NCBI RefSeq assembly: GCF_001194135.2
Contig: NC_068990.1
Coordinates: 4,152,502-4,216,501 of the forward strand
From: Octopus bimaculoides
Lineage: Eukaryota
Length of the DNA stretch: 64,000 nucleotides
Direction: 5' to 3'
The translations under genes were made by a program, and so were the position numbers. Positions 25,002 through 39,688 of this stretch are shown one piece after another; position 1 is the first letter of the stretch, and the number at the start of each line of letters is the position of its first letter. The notes beneath the pieces are model-generated. The model did no database searches, had not been told where the DNA came from, and worked only from the letters and a program-made list of their open reading frames with translations.

Positions 25002-25635
25002 TACAAAAATAAGAGGAATGACCAGCAAAAGTGGACTCCTATATGCTAGAAATAGATGTCGAATTGATTAATATCAATTTCTACCCTCATTAATAAATTT
25101 TATATAATAATGTTCTCAAACCGGTAAATTAACTGCAAAAATTTATCAACTGCAGAATTATTTGCGGACTTAGCGCGCCAGATTGAAGACATTTGAAATG
25201 ATACACTGAATGTAATTTGTAGAACTCTACACGTGCTCCCTTTCGGTTGGAGTCTTGTGTCTAGTTCTGGAAATTGCATTGCGAATCGACGGACTACGCT
25301 GACGATCTTGCAGATATTTAATTATGTAAATTTTAACAGGTGAAACCATGGTACGTAGGTTAATGGGTTTTTTTTGGTTTTTATTTATTTGGTATTTTTT
25401 CATTTGTCTTGCCCTTTTACAAGCTGTTGTGTCGCTGAATTTTTACTGAGAACATATTTTTTTTTTCGAGGTTAGATGATTCGGCATCTATTTCTAGCAT
25501 ATAGGAGTTCACTTTTGCTTGTCATTCCTCTTATTTTTGTATGCAATATAATTTTAATCTTCGGATTTTTTTAATATGCTAAACCTCTGGTTTTAATTGA
25601 TTAATATCAATTTCTACCCTCATTAATAAATTTTA
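25002..25635. mobile_element. Unclassified non-autonomous element with combined inverted and direct terminal repeats
   Basis: 63-bp inverted pair at 25002-25064/25479-25541 (3 mismatches by eye). Identical 41-bp direct repeat at 25062-25102/25595-25635. CpG-rich interior. Confidence 0.7.
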
Positions 25636-25667
25636 CATTTGTATGTATATATATGTACATAAATACA

Positions 25668-26377
25668 TACTGAGGTGGTATCAAAAAGTTCCCAAATGAG
25701 ATGGCAGCACACAGTTGCATCTGTTGTGAGAGCTAACAGTGACATTCAGTGCACCAAGAAACATTACTGTTTCCTTCGCATGTTGTGAAATTTGTGTTTT
25801 TGCGATCGTATGTATGTTTTAGTCTGTGACTTTGTCATGGACAGGAAGCTGGAACAAAAAGCTGACATGAAATTTTGTGTTAGACTTGGGAAGTCTGCTA
25901 TGATGACGTTGAGCATGCTTTGGCAAGCTCATGGCAATGGGTCATACACAACGTTTTGAGTGGTTTGGATGCTTCAAAAGTGGAATAACATTCCTGGAAG
26001 ATGATGAGCGATCTGCAAGATCTGCCATGAGCATCACCCCTGGAAACGTGGAGAAAATTCCTCAGCTTTTTCATGAGGATCCTTGGAAGACAACCAACGA
26101 CATTGCTGATGTTGTTGGTCTGTTGTATGGGTCCATACAGACAATTGTAATGTCTGAATTGAACACGTGGTGTGTCTTTACCAAGTTTGTCTCCTACCTG
26201 CTGACCACTGAGCAGCAAGAGCATCTTGTCAAAGTCTGTTAAGATTTCTGCCAGCATGCCGCTGATGACCCATTTTTCATGTCAAGGATCATAACCAGTG
26301 ACGAGAGTTGGATCTATGGGCATGACTCTGAGATGAAGCAGCAGTTGTCACAATGGAAGAGCCCTTCATCTCCATAG
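25668..26377 (+). mobile_element. 3'-truncated mariner transposon remnant
   Basis: From ATG 25837: MDRKLEQKADMKFCVRLGKSA / QRFEWFGCFKSG..LEDDERSAR / TKFVSYLLTTEQQEHLVKVC* / RIITSDESWIYGHDSEMKQQLSQWKSPSSP. Frameshift and stop present. Left end TACTGAGGTGGTATCAAAAAGTTCCC is TIR-like. Confidence 0.92.
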
Positions 26378-27129
26378 TTGCTTACATTGGTTTGTATGTA
26401 TGTATGTACATTGTACATTTGTACAGTAATGTTTTGATATACAAGTTAATTTGTACCCAGTGACTGCTCATAAAGCGAAAAGTTGTAAAGCAGAGCAATA
26501 ATTTCCCATCGTGGCAATGTTATGAATCATAATTCCTTCCCAGAAAAATATTTTACTCATAAAGTTTATAATACTCATAAATAAATGACTGTAAAGCAAC
26601 AGTAGAATGTAAAGAATATTTTATATAAAGTGAAAAGAATGTCAAGATCATTTACAATAAAAAAATATTGTTTTCTGAATCACTTTCACTCGCACTAGAC
26701 AGGATCACCGATTTGCAAGCACTCATAGGTGGACTTGTAGATTTCTTTTTAAAAAAAACAAGTCTAGAATTGTTTGCCTAGAAGAAGCTTTTTCAGTCTC
26801 TATATATTTCTAGGTAACACGCAGAGGCATTTTTTATAGTAGTAGAAACTTTTGCACTTTGTTCAAATTTTGGATCTTGTGCTTGAAAAATAAAACTCGT
26901 AAATCTGGGGTCTCATAAAGTGGGTCTTCACAAAGTGTTACTGTATTTGTTTGCAGATTCACTCTGTGGTGCTACTGGTAGTTTATTTTATGCATTCATC
27001 CATTTCATCCATAAATGTGTGTGTGTTGGTGGTGGTGGTGGTAGTAGTGATTCTGGACCAGCTTGTAAGCCTGGTCTCTTGGGACAAAGGCTAACTTATG
27101 AGGCTTATCCAGATCAGAATTCCTCTCCT

Positions 27130-27700
27130 ACAAGAAGGAGCAGCCCTTTGGTACTGATAGCTTTTGCTTTGGAGAGTGAGTGCTTTCTCTCATCAGTAGC
27201 AGCATTTCTCTTTCTTCTGTTTGGGCATCACTGTGAAGTGAACTTCATCATTTGTGTTAGTTTTGAACAAGCAACTCCCAGTAGTCAACCACAATGCTGA
27301 GGTCTTATAAAAAAAGGCTTTTTAGGTTGTCATTGAACCCTTTGCTTTCCAACAGCATACTGTCCTTCACAGAATTCACCCTAGAGGAGCGACTTTGGGA
27401 TGCAATGGTTAGGCATGCAACTGTTCCATTTCACTTGAATCTTTTACAAAAGTAAGGTGAACAAGCTTAGGATGTTGGCTTGCTGAATCACGTAAGCGTC
27501 ATAGATACTGTCCTGCTAGTTGATGTGAAAATGGTTGAGATGCCTTAGATGTGTGTCATAAACCATCCAGGATTCACAGTCACAATAGTTGTGAGAACAA
27601 CTGCACGGTAGACCTTCAACTTAAAAGTGAAGCTGATTCCCCTATACTCTTACACATTCTCCTGCAGTCTGCTGAAAGCAGCACTGGCTTTGAAGATACA
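27130..27700 (-). mobile_element. RTE-clade LINE ORF2 3' remnant
   Basis: Minus strand reads IFKASAAFSRLQENV*EYRGISFTFKLKVYRAVVLTT..CESWMVY..HLNHFH, matching the RTE RT C-terminal region (KASAAFGRL..KLKVYRAVVLTTLLYGCETW). Many disablements. Confidence 0.85.
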
Positions 27701-27706
27701 GTAGAG

Positions 27707-27771
<65 letters not shown>
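27707..27771. repeat. (CT)n microsatellite abutting an assembly gap
   Basis: Seen directly. N-gap at 27772-28087 is followed by (TA)n. Confidence 0.95.
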
Positions 27772-28087
27772 NNNNNNNNNNNNNNNNNNNNNNNNNNNNN
27801 NNNNNNNNNNNNNNNNNNNNNNNNNNNNNNNNNNNNNNNNNNNNNNNNNNNNNNNNNNNNNNNNNNNNNNNNNNNNNNNNNNNNNNNNNNNNNNNNNNNN
27901 NNNNNNNNNNNNNNNNNNNNNNNNNNNNNNNNNNNNNNNNNNNNNNNNNNNNNNNNNNNNNNNNNNNNNNNNNNNNNNNNNNNNNNNNNNNNNNNNNNNN
28001 NNNNNNNNNNNNNNNNNNNNNNNNNNNNNNNNNNNNNNNNNNNNNNNNNNNNNNNNNNNNNNNNNNNNNNNNNNNNNNNNNNNNNNN

Positions 28088-28125
<38 letters not shown>

Positions 28126-29459
28126 TATAATCTGTATTCAGGGGCCCTGTTCATTACTTGAGTAATTGAAATACATATAAGGGTAACCTGTCCCAAACCA
28201 AATCCAGACTCCACATAAAAGTATGAAATTGTTTTATTTGGACATCTGTCAATAACAACTTCATAAATGTAATTCGTGTGTGTGTGTTTTCCTTTGTCCT
28301 CCTGTTAATCTGTAATTGTTTTTTTAGCAAAAAATATAAGAAATATTGTTTTCAATATAAAATCTGAAATTTTTCAAGCTTCATGAAATACAAACATGGA
28401 TTTTAATGAGCCACTTGCACACACTCGACTTGTCACTTGTACTATTTTCTATATAAAATATGAAATTTTGCAGGCTGCATGAAATACAAGCAGGGATTTT
28501 AATGAACCGTATGTGTACACTCTCCCAGCCACTTATATGCATTCATAGTCTACTTGAAGTTTGTTCTTCAAATTTCTGCTCATTCACTGAATACAATATA
28601 CTTGAGAAAATGCTCGACCTGCTAGAAGTAGCAGCCAAATCTACATTAATGTGCACCTCTACCATCATAAATGTGAAAGAACAATGTAGTTCTAGATATA
28701 TTAAATGACAGGATGATCTCAGTTGGGTGTTTCTGATCGTAATTATGTTTGATCAGGGCTGACCTTCAGCTGAACAAGATAAACCTAAAATATTTTTGTT
28801 CCTTTTTCATTATTTTTGATGTTCAGATTTGCATATTTTAATCTAAAGAGTGTAGTGTTTTGCAATGTCAGTGTCAATAGCTCTTGAAGTGCAGTTGGGC
28901 TTTTAAAGGAACAGCACCTAAGTATCACGACCAGAAGAAAGAAAGCAGTTGAAAGATAGAGATGAGCATTCAAACTCTTGAATCATTTGGTAATGCTGCC
29001 TGTGCAAAGAATACTGAAGAGAATGTAACATTGATTAAACGTTCGAGCTTCTTCATTAGTTGCAAAGATGGTAAGAATCTTAATGAAGGACCATTCTTCA
29101 TTCAGAATGTAGATTAGCCCTAAATACATATTTATATAAGCAATATATATATATATATATATTGTTATAGTTAGCTAGCTAATTACTTTGATTAATAGCT
29201 TGATGGACTAATGCATACATTGATATATTGACTAATAGATAGGTAGACAGATTGGTTAACATGCTGTTTACCGTTATAAATAGTGAAAGTTAACTGTCCT
29301 AAAAAATGGAAGTAAATTAAGATAGAAAGAAGAAGTGATGACGGTAGCATACCAAAATTTCATAAAAAGAACTTAAAGAACCCTCTCCTTATGTAATGTC
29401 CACAAGTATGTTACCTTCCAGTAATATGTTGAATATTTCAGAAATAGCTCAGATATACC

Positions 29460-29762
29460 ATTCGAGTGTGGTCGTTGCTAGTGCCACCTGACTGGCTTCC
29501 GTGCCAGTGGCACATAAAAAGCACCATTCAAGCGTGGTCGATGCCAGTGCTGCTTGACTGGCCCTCATGTTGGTGGCACGTAAAAAGTACCCACTACACT
29601 CTCAGAGCGGTTGGCGTTAGGAAGGGTATCCAGCTGTAGAAACTTTGCTAGATCAGGTTGGAGCCTGGTGCAGCCTTCTGGCTTGCCAGCCCTCAGTCAA
29701 ACTATCCAGCCTGTGCCAGCATGGAAAGCAGACATTAAACGACGATGTTGTTGATGATGATA
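29460..29762 (+). mobile_element. 3' UTR/tail of an RTE-associated retroposon
   Basis: Tandem GTGCCAGTGGCAC(A/G)TAAAAAG(C/T)ACC units, GGCGTTAGGAAGGG motif and a (GAT)n tail. Related copies at ~37805-37945 (-), ~41245-41470 (-) and ~48150-48260 (-). Confidence 0.7.
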
Positions 29763-32692
29763 CCATCTCAGAGTACTATACTCAACAACAAACACTACCA
29801 AGAAGACATTTCATTGGCTTACAATGTCAAAGCATGATCACTAACACAGTTACATGTGAGCAATGCAATAATTCTGCATGATTAATGAGCTGTAGAGAAA
29901 GAACTGATGTGAAGCAGTAGCATTATTCTTGTGAATTCTCTCAGACTATATTTTCCTTTTCTTGAGAAGAGGCATTTGCTTCTACCAATACTAATTCAAC
30001 TGACAATGTACATGTGGGTAAGAGAGTGTCACATATATTGCTTACATGAAATTATGGGTTGTCACTGTTGCCACTTCTGATTTCTATTTATCATCTTTTT
30101 TTTTTTTTTAGGACAATGAATTTCACTTTTTTACGATGAAAATAGTTGTGAAAACTGTCAGACTGATGTATAGATTTATGTCCTGACTCACATATAAGGA
30201 ATCTTGCATGTACACAAGGATGCATGCATATTTACATTCTATAATATTTCAATTTTTAAAAAGCTATCCTTAATCATTTGTTGGTAAATTTAATTCAGAA
30301 TTTATGAGTTACAATTACACTGCTATGTATAGAATCTAAGAACAGCAATAAACTTGTCAGTAAAATTCAACTGAATAGAGTTTCACATTACGATTGATAA
30401 AATTTAAAGGAAAAAAAAATGTAAAGTCGTTAAGCAAGCACAGGTATGTACACATACAGGTACAGCATACACACAGATATATTCACATTTGTTTGCCCAT
30501 TAAAAAAATAGATACCAATGTTTACATCAGAACTTAAATGAAATTTTGTTTTGTTTTCTCTAAATATTACTATCGATAATTGTCAGGTAAAAATTCTATA
30601 TTGAAATGCATGTTTATAAGGCAAGGTAGCTGCCTTTCGCAAGCATTCCTAAATAGCTTTTCTAATTTAATGTTTGTTTTCGTGTGCAAAAAAAAAAAAG
30701 AAGTAAAAGAGAATCCAAAAATTATAGATATAAATAAAAGCAAGCTGAATAAATCAAAACTGTTATAATATTGGAATTTAAAAAAAATTTTTTATCCTAT
30801 TTGGTGTATCACGAAAGTTACTGATATGTTTGGTTATTTTCTCTGAAAAATCAAATCAAATACAATTGAATTAAAACAGAACTTAGCTTTTTCATCATCT
30901 TTCAAGCAGCAGTGGTAACGAGTTTTAATGAACTTTTAGGTGCTTATTGCAAGGTGAGATGGACACCCCATTTAATAGTAACTATTTCTGCAATTTTATT
31001 TTGAAAATATAATTAAAGAAAACTAAAATGTACAGATAGACTGAAAGAGAATATATGTAAATTATTCCTGACAGCAATGTTTATTTGAGTGTGTGTGTGT
31101 GTGTTATTTATATACCATAAATATAGCCTCATAACAGCCAAATTATGTTACTGAACAGTTTCATGCTGAAAGACTGCAAAAATGGAGAGGTAAATTAACA
31201 ATCATCAAAGAGAGAGAGAGATGCATATATGTTTAATATAGATGGGGATAGGTTAACATTGACTGAACATTATCAGATAAAGAACTCAATGCAAAATTAT
31301 ATAGTCAAATATGCATTTTTGTATATCATATGAAACTGAGAGTTTTCACCATATGGTCGAACTGTAGTTTGGAAAATTCAACAAAGCAGTTGCAAATATC
31401 TTATCAAAGATTAACAAAAGTGTGCCTGTTTTGATAAATCTAATTTTGATAAATTTAGTTGCTGTTGCAGATTTGGACATTTTAAAAAAATTATATAAAA
31501 ATTTAAAAATTTGATGTATTGATGTAATTTTTCATGTTGAATCTAGTTTCAGAATTCATTTATGCCATTGAAAATTCAGAATAATGTTACTGAGATTCAG
31601 AGTTTGATCATTTTTAGCCAATGAGAAAACAAGAATCGGAAACTGGCATTTTCTGTGATAGCTATCTGTCACAAAATGATTTTCATCAAAACTTGTACTC
31701 AAGTAAGAGGGTGCACATTCCTCTTTTGTATGCAATTGTGTGTGTATAGTTTATGCATAAACAATCATTATATGTTCATTCCAGGGAATTCAATAGAGGG
31801 AGAATACCACTAATCAATTTGATTGGATAGATAGATATGGAAAGCTTCAGCATTTCTAGGATGCTATGCTAAATCTATCATTACATAACTCCAGTGAACC
31901 TATGGTAATAGGCATGTATGAGAACCTATAACTGGGATATAGAGTTGTAAGTCCTGCTTTAGTTCACATAGATGTTTTTTTGGTTTTTTTTCATAACTTC
32001 AGACGATTGGACAGTTGACTTCCAAAATGCATACTTTTTCTTCCCTGTCTCATAAAGAAATATTAGGTCTGTTATGTCTGCACCAGATACCTGTCTTTAT
32101 TGAAATATTCCATGAGCATTCTTTATTTTGAAAGGTATGGATATATTCTAGTGCTAGCATTCTTTATTTGTATGTCTGTCAGGACAATCCTTCTTGCACA
32201 CAACATAATAAATAGTTTTTGAAATGTCATGCCTCATAGAAAGGTAGTACCTTATGGATGTTTCTAGGCAGCTGCTGCTGATGTGTGTTATATGTATGTA
32301 TGCACGTGTGTGTGTGTGTGTTTGTGTAGAATAACCCCCTGCCACTTGCTTTGTCCACAACCCCAGTTACTTTCTTTTGCTCTTTTTCACTTATCTCAGG
32401 ACTATATTATCTAATGTGTCCTTTACCTTTTTAAGATCTAGGTATAGATCTGTGTATAGAACTGTGTGTGTCATTCTCACAGACACACATACGTATATGA
32501 CACATGAATGCAATAACATACAGATATAAACACACATGCATTTGCAGGTATGTACACAGATACACACGTGAACTTTTAAGCTCATTCCTTCTCACTGAAA
32601 GTTGTGATTATATTAACACTTTCTGTATACATACAAATATCTACATCTGTCTTTCATTGTATATGCATATGCATGCATGTATGTATGTATGT

Positions 32693-32703
32693 ATAGATGG
32701 ATG

Positions 32704-32743
<40 letters not shown>

Positions 32744-32822
32744 TGTAGATAGATGGATAGATAGATAGATAGATATGTAGATATGTAGATAGATGGATGG
32801 ATAGATAGATAGATAGATAGAT
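32693..32822. repeat. (GATA)n tetranucleotide repeat abutting an assembly gap
   Basis: Seen directly. N-gap at 32823-33457. Confidence 0.95.
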
Positions 32823-33791
32823 NNNNNNNNNNNNNNNNNNNNNNNNNNNNNNNNNNNNNNNNNNNNNNNNNNNNNNNNNNNNNNNNNNNNNNNNNNNNNN
32901 NNNNNNNNNNNNNNNNNNNNNNNNNNNNNNNNNNNNNNNNNNNNNNNNNNNNNNNNNNNNNNNNNNNNNNNNNNNNNNNNNNNNNNNNNNNNNNNNNNNN
33001 NNNNNNNNNNNNNNNNNNNNNNNNNNNNNNNNNNNNNNNNNNNNNNNNNNNNNNNNNNNNNNNNNNNNNNNNNNNNNNNNNNNNNNNNNNNNNNNNNNNN
33101 NNNNNNNNNNNNNNNNNNNNNNNNNNNNNNNNNNNNNNNNNNNNNNNNNNNNNNNNNNNNNNNNNNNNNNNNNNNNNNNNNNNNNNNNNNNNNNNNNNNN
33201 NNNNNNNNNNNNNNNNNNNNNNNNNNNNNNNNNNNNNNNNNNNNNNNNNNNNNNNNNNNNNNNNNNNNNNNNNNNNNNNNNNNNNNNNNNNNNNNNNNNN
33301 NNNNNNNNNNNNNNNNNNNNNNNNNNNNNNNNNNNNNNNNNNNNNNNNNNNNNNNNNNNNNNNNNNNNNNNNNNNNNNNNNNNNNNNNNNNNNNNNNNNN
33401 NNNNNNNNNNNNNNNNNNNNNNNNNNNNNNNNNNNNNNNNNNNNNNNNNNNNNNNNNGTGTCTCCTACTATAGTCTGAGGCTGACCAAAACCTTGTGAGT
33501 GAATTTGATAGATGGAAACTGAAAGAAGCCCATCGTATATATATATATATGTATGTATGTGTGTATATATATATGTATTTGTGTGTCTGTGTTTGTCCCC
33601 ACACCATTGCTTGACAACCGATGTTGGTGTGTTTACATCCCCCTAACTTAGTGGTTTGGCAAAAGAGACTGATAAAATAAGTACAAAGCTTACAAGTCCT
33701 GGGGTCGATTTGTTTGATTAAAGGTGGTGCTCCGGCATGGCTGTAGTCAAATGTCTGGAACAGAGTAAAAGAATAAAAGAACACATATATA

Positions 33792-33835
<44 letters not shown>

Positions 33836-33845
33836 NNNNNNNNNN

Positions 33846-33906
<61 letters not shown>

Positions 33907-35149
33907 CACTGGTCAACAAATTCTAACGTTTTTCTGACCCAGGTTTGAGACTTGTTTTGGGGTAATTTGGGGTCATTGAATTTAGAAATGGCAATAGTTT
34001 TTTTTCTCTCCCGTCAATCTTTTTTTTTTAATGGGCTGGCCCATATTGGCTTTACCTGTAGCTCCATATTTCAGAAATTTCTCAATGTGTTTATTGTAGT
34101 GTATGTTAGCAGTAAGAGTTCAGTGAGTGAAGTTGTGACACTCTGTTGGCCTAGTGTATATACCTGTGTAGAAATGTGTTTGCTAATATCTGTGTGTTCG
34201 AATGCCTGGTCATTGTTAGTCTCTTCTTACTATCAACAAATGTACAAAAGATATAGTTAAATATTTCTGTTGAATATTTATTCTGTCTATGTATTTTGAT
34301 ATTTATTTAGACAAACCAAGTTATATAAATATGTTCCTTATTATTTTCTCTCTTTTCACAGTTGATATAGGTTGAGAACTCTTCATCTGCATTCAGATTT
34401 GAAGCAGGGGTTGATTACCATCACTAAAAACCCACGCAGTAAAAAACCATTTTAAGCCTTAAGCTCAAAGTATTAATTTAATGTATTAGACAGTGAATTG
34501 GTAGTAGATAGATTGTCTCAATATTTGTTCTAACTCTGTACTTTAAGTTCAAATCCCAATGTAGTCAACTTTACCTTTCAAGTTAGTGATGTTGATTAAA
34601 AAAAGTACCAATCCAGGATGATGAATTGGTGGAGCTGTTACAGCATTGGACAACAAAATATCTTGCAGTATCAATTCTGGCTTTTTGTGTTCTGAAAGAA
34701 CCCACTTGCAATAATACTAGTGCTAAGCTGTAGTTGCGTTTAGCAGGATGTCTTCACCTTAGACAACACTGGTAGCATAGATAGGATATATTTCCATGTG
34801 TGGCGGTAATGGTTATATTTTCATGAAAAAATCCTTGCTCTGGCCTATGTTTAGAGGTGCAGATACATCATAGTTATAAATTTGTAAAATTAATGATTTA
34901 TTAATTTCTTCTGTATAGATGTACAATAACAGCTTCTTATATATTTGCAATTCAATTCAGGCACTAGAAAAAAATTCCCTCACTGATGCTAGAAGCTTCC
35001 ACAATTTATTCAGTGAAGTCATTTAATTATGTTATATGAACAAACAAATCATGCAAACTTCCAAACAGAAATCTAATAACAACTGCTATGAATCATTCAT
35101 ATGTAACCTACATCTTATTGAACTAAGTTAATTGTAAATTTGTTTTAAT

Positions 35150-35400
35150 GAACATTATAATTATCATATAAATTATAAATTGAGGTTTTGATATAAAATA
35201 TAATTTTGATAGAAATTACAAATCAGTGGTTTAATATAAATTATAATCATATAAATTATGTTTCAATATACATTATACTTTATAATTTTAATATAAATTA
35301 TAAATTGTTATTTTGAGTTGAATTATAAATTTAATATGACTTTATAAACTGATGTTTTAATGCATATTATAATTTAAGTATGAATTATATATTGAAATGA
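35150..35400. repeat. Extremely AT-rich degenerate tandem repeat
   Basis: Recurring TATAAATTATAAATT-like units. Confidence 0.6.
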
Positions 35401-38004
35401 CTATATTAACAATAACAAATATTACGTATTTTCATTCCAATGTATTGTCAGAATCAGCAATGCATGAGACAAAATATCTGCAGTATTTAGTTATGGTGTG
35501 TTATGTTCTGAGTTCAAATCCTGCTTAGGACAGCCTTTCCTCCTTCTAGGCAATATGAACCTCCGAGTCAAGTTGCCTTTCATTTAGTTCCAACAATTTC
35601 TCATTTCTTGGATTGAACTTTTCATCTCATTGCAGTATGTGCTGACTGATTTTATTCTCTGTCAACTTTGGTGTATGTTAAGAATTATGATACCCTTCAC
35701 AGTCTTACCTCTGTATACTTAATGACTAATTGCTATGATTTCTAGCCTCATGATATTTACACATCTTTTGTAGTTATGCCATCCTTTGCTTCTCTTGAAT
35801 ATGTCCAGGTCATGATATACACTGCACTTATAAACAATGGGAATAGGACAACCATTTTGTTCCTTCAGCAATACCAAGATGCAATCACAGCACATACTAT
35901 ATAGCCTTATGTCACACTATTTCACCCTTTAGTATTCAGATTATTGTGTCAAATGAAAAGCTTATTATTTATATTGTTTTGAATTAATCATTCATTATTT
36001 TGTAGCTTTGACATTTTAATGATGTGATTGTTTATCTTTTAGAATGATATTGTAAGATAGGCATAAGCATGAGAAACTGGTTCTGACTGGTTTGAACAAA
36101 AAGCAGGTGAAATACTTTGGCTGGATATGACAAGTTTTAATGCTAAAACATTAAACATGAACATCTCACTAAAGTCACAACAAATTACTAGGTATCACAA
36201 TCTCTTGTGACAACTTCACAAATGTAAACGCGCACACACATACAACAAGCTTCCATATTCACTCACAAGACTTTGGTTTTCCCAGGACTATTGTGGAAAA
36301 CACTTATCTCTCTCTGTCACTCTCTCTGTCTTTCCCCTTCACCCTCTCAAATGAGTCAATGAGGAAACCTCTGTGTTAGTGGTCCTTAAATAGTGTATCC
36401 CGGTGTACTAATATATCATAAGGTGTATCAAGGTGTGCTACAGATTTTAAAAACTATTATTTAAGACTTCAGAAAATCCACACTAACATTTGAGCATCTA
36501 TAAAATGCATCATTCATGATTTTCTTAGTCACAAATGTGATGAATAAAAGTAAACCATAATTTCCTAATTTTTTTCATAGTTTTTAACTTTAAAATAGTT
36601 GTTAACATTTCATGTGAAGTAAACTAGTGATCTTTTTGTTTTCTGTATGAAGTGCACTAGAATTTTATCCTATTGATCTTCTGTACATCATGAAATCAAA
36701 CGGACTGTTAACTACTGCTCTATCTGGTCACACAATCTACAAGAAATAGTACCTAAATATCACTCATATCTCATTCTACCACCTTAAAAAACCCTAACAT
36801 ATTGGACAATAAATATAGTTCAGGCTCCTTGTACATGAAAAACATGGGATGATCAGTCAAGAATACTTTTGATCATAAGTCTGTTTCAGGAGGGCTGACC
36901 TGGGGTTAAACAACAGCAACTTTCTGCAAAGAGGGTCCTGGAAAAGATTCATCTCCTATCTTGTTACAACTAGTGGTCTATAGATGTGCTGTTTCTTTGT
37001 TTTTCTAACCCTTTTATGATGGCCTCTACACCCGAATTAGTTAATTCTGACCATCTTCATCCAGCCCAAAACAACCCTCCTACTTCACCATATAGACTTT
37101 TCGTAAAGCATTTTTCCAATCATTCCTTATACATCTCCAAGCCTCTGGAATTCCTTCTATCACTATATTTTCCTGTCTAACATTGATCTACTGGTGTTCA
37201 AACTAAACACTACAAACCAAGGAGAAAACCTCTATTGGGTCTTTTGACTCACAAGAAACAGCAACCAATTATACTGTTGATATATAAGAGTATATTCAAG
37301 GATTAAATTTGAGAAAAATTTCATCTCTGTCTCAAGCAGATAAGCAAGTACATAGAGGCTCTAATCTATTCACAAATGTGGACACACTCACAAACTACAT
37401 ATGTCATATACTGGGCACCGAAGTGACATAACAAATTTCAACTGTCAAAATAAGAAACTTTAAGCTAGAAAGTAAACCGTTTTTTGGTTTGCATAAAACA
37501 CTGAGAAATTGAATACAAATCTTCTTTAGAAACCGTTAGAGCATAAAAGAAGCTATAAACAATTATTCCGTTTGTGCATCAAGTAAATTATTCAACACAC
37601 ACACACGCACGCACGCACGCACGCACACACGCACGCACGCACACAGATAGATTGAGAGGTAGATGCATAGCTGATACAGTAGGTTCGTTCTCTGAGTCTA
37701 CGAACACACATCTAGCACACCCACAATATATGCCCCTGATATATACACATACATACATACATACTTATATAAATATATACGTACACACATTTATATATGC
37801 ATATCATCATCATCATCATTTAGGGTCCCTTGTTCAGGGGTTGGATGGCTTGACCAGGGCTGGCAAGCTGGAATAGGGCACCAGATCCCAGTCTGATTTC
37901 GCATGGTTTCTATGGATGGATACCCTTCCTAATGCCAACCAATCTACCACAGATTCCCTCCACAGTTAGAGATCAGCTCTTTTTTGGGTCCTCTCAATCT
38001 GTGG

Positions 38005-38440
38005 TAGAGGTAGACCCAGGATGACGTGGGACAAGGTGGTGAAGCATGATCTTTGAACTTTGGGCCTCACAGAGGCAATGACTAGTGACTGAGACCTTTG
38101 GCAATATGCTGTGCTTGAGAAGACCTGCCAAGCCAAGTGAAACTGTAGTGGTGGCTGATGCTAGTGTCATGTAACTGGTACCCATGCCAGTGGATTGTAA
38201 AAAGCACCTTTCAAGCATTGAGCCTCATAGAGGCAAAGTGGCTGATGCCGGTGGCACGTGAAAAGCTCCTTTTGAGTGTTGGGCCTCATGGAAGCAATGA
38301 CTGAGACCTTTCGTATTATGTTATGCTTGAGAAGAAGACCCATCAAGCCATATAAAATTGCAGTTATGGCAGATACTGGTGTTATGCAAATGGCTTCCAT
38401 GCTGGTGGCATGTAAAATCAACCATTACACTCTAAAACAA
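38005..38440 (+). mobile_element. RTE-type LINE 3' end with local duplication
   Basis: CGRGRPRMTWDKVVKHDL*TLGLTEAMTSD*DLWQYAVLEKTCQAK*. The segment TTGGGCCTCA..GCAATGACT..GAGACCTTT recurs at ~38279. Confidence 0.75.
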
Positions 38441-38444
38441 CATA

Positions 38445-38487
<43 letters not shown>

Positions 38488-38933
38488 ATTAAGTATACAT
38501 GTGTGTGTGTGTGTTTGTAGACAAAAATGCTGGAGAGCTTTAAAAAGAATTTTTCAGCTAGAGGAGTGTTTAGGACAAAGAATGATAAATAGGCTACAAA
38601 ACAGATGTTGAGAAAATAAATAGATAAAAATGAAAAAAAAACAAAAACTAAAGTGATAATGAAGCATATGCCATGGAAAGAGGGCAATAAGGAACTGGTT
38701 TCTTTGAGTCTTTTATTCCAATGACAGTTTTAATAATGAAAACATTATTATGACATTCCACAGACTCCATTTTAACAAGTTCCTGAGTTCGTTGCATACC
38801 TGTATTATGTATCTAATTCGAAGGGTGATTTACCTGTGTGTATATGTAAATATGTATGTTTCTAAACACATGCATACATACATTAGATATATGTGTGCAT
38901 TTGTAAGTATGTGTTTGCATGCATGTATGTATG

Positions 38934-38979
<46 letters not shown>

Positions 38980-39656
38980 TACATACGTACATATACATGT
39001 ATGTGTATGTATGTATATACATACATTATATAAAAGTGTGTATTTGTATGTGTGTGTGTGTGTGTATTTAGTTATTCAAATCCGTGCAAAAACTTTTCAA
39101 AAGTTTCTATGACTGACCTGAAAGTTTTTTTTATGTCACCTATTTCTATCTGTTTCAATTTCTTTTCATTTTAACACTTTACACATGAAATAATTCAATA
39201 AAGCTTGAAGTTTTTACCTCATAAAACAACAATACCTTGATTAACACTACAAATGCCAGGTAATGCATTGGGAGAGTTGTTTCAGCATTGAACACATTGT
39301 CTTTCCTTATTTGCTTCAACATTCTATGTTTTGAGTTCAAATCCCACTGAGGTCCAGTGAACAAGTCTGTATCTAGTTGCTTGACCTGCTGTAAAAAAAT
39401 AACCACATTTCCCTTAGTTCACACATACCATTTTAAATAAAGAAATCATTCTTTTATTTGTTTCCGTGGCTATGCAAAGGCATTGCCTTGAAGAATTTTT
39501 AGTTGAATGAATCAACTTCAGTACTTATGTTTTTTAAAGCCTGGTACCTATTCTAGCAATTTCTTTTGCTGAACCATTAAGTTACAGGAATGTAAGCACA
39601 CCAACACCGGTTGTCAAGCAGTGGTAGGAGACGAAAACACACATACATGCATCCAT

Positions 39657-39688
<32 letters not shown>

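Noticed and set aside
25062-25102. Hammerhead-like spacing on the minus strand (TTAATGAG..GAAA plus hairpin)
   Set aside because: G5 is absent, stem II cannot form and stem I does not pair.
25292-25312. DYADDLA, an RT-like YADD motif
   Set aside because: Isolated seven codons followed shortly by a stop, with no other RT motifs in any frame.
27551-28214. Long ORFs of 204 and 190 aa
   Set aside because: Built from (CT)n, N-gap and (TA)n sequence; artefacts.
33790-33905. Tandem (GT)n(TA)n duplication around a 10-N gap
   Set aside because: Probably overlapping contig ends rather than a real duplication.
32654-33937. 421-aa ORF and neighbours
   Set aside because: Mostly N-gap, microsatellite and family B SINE.
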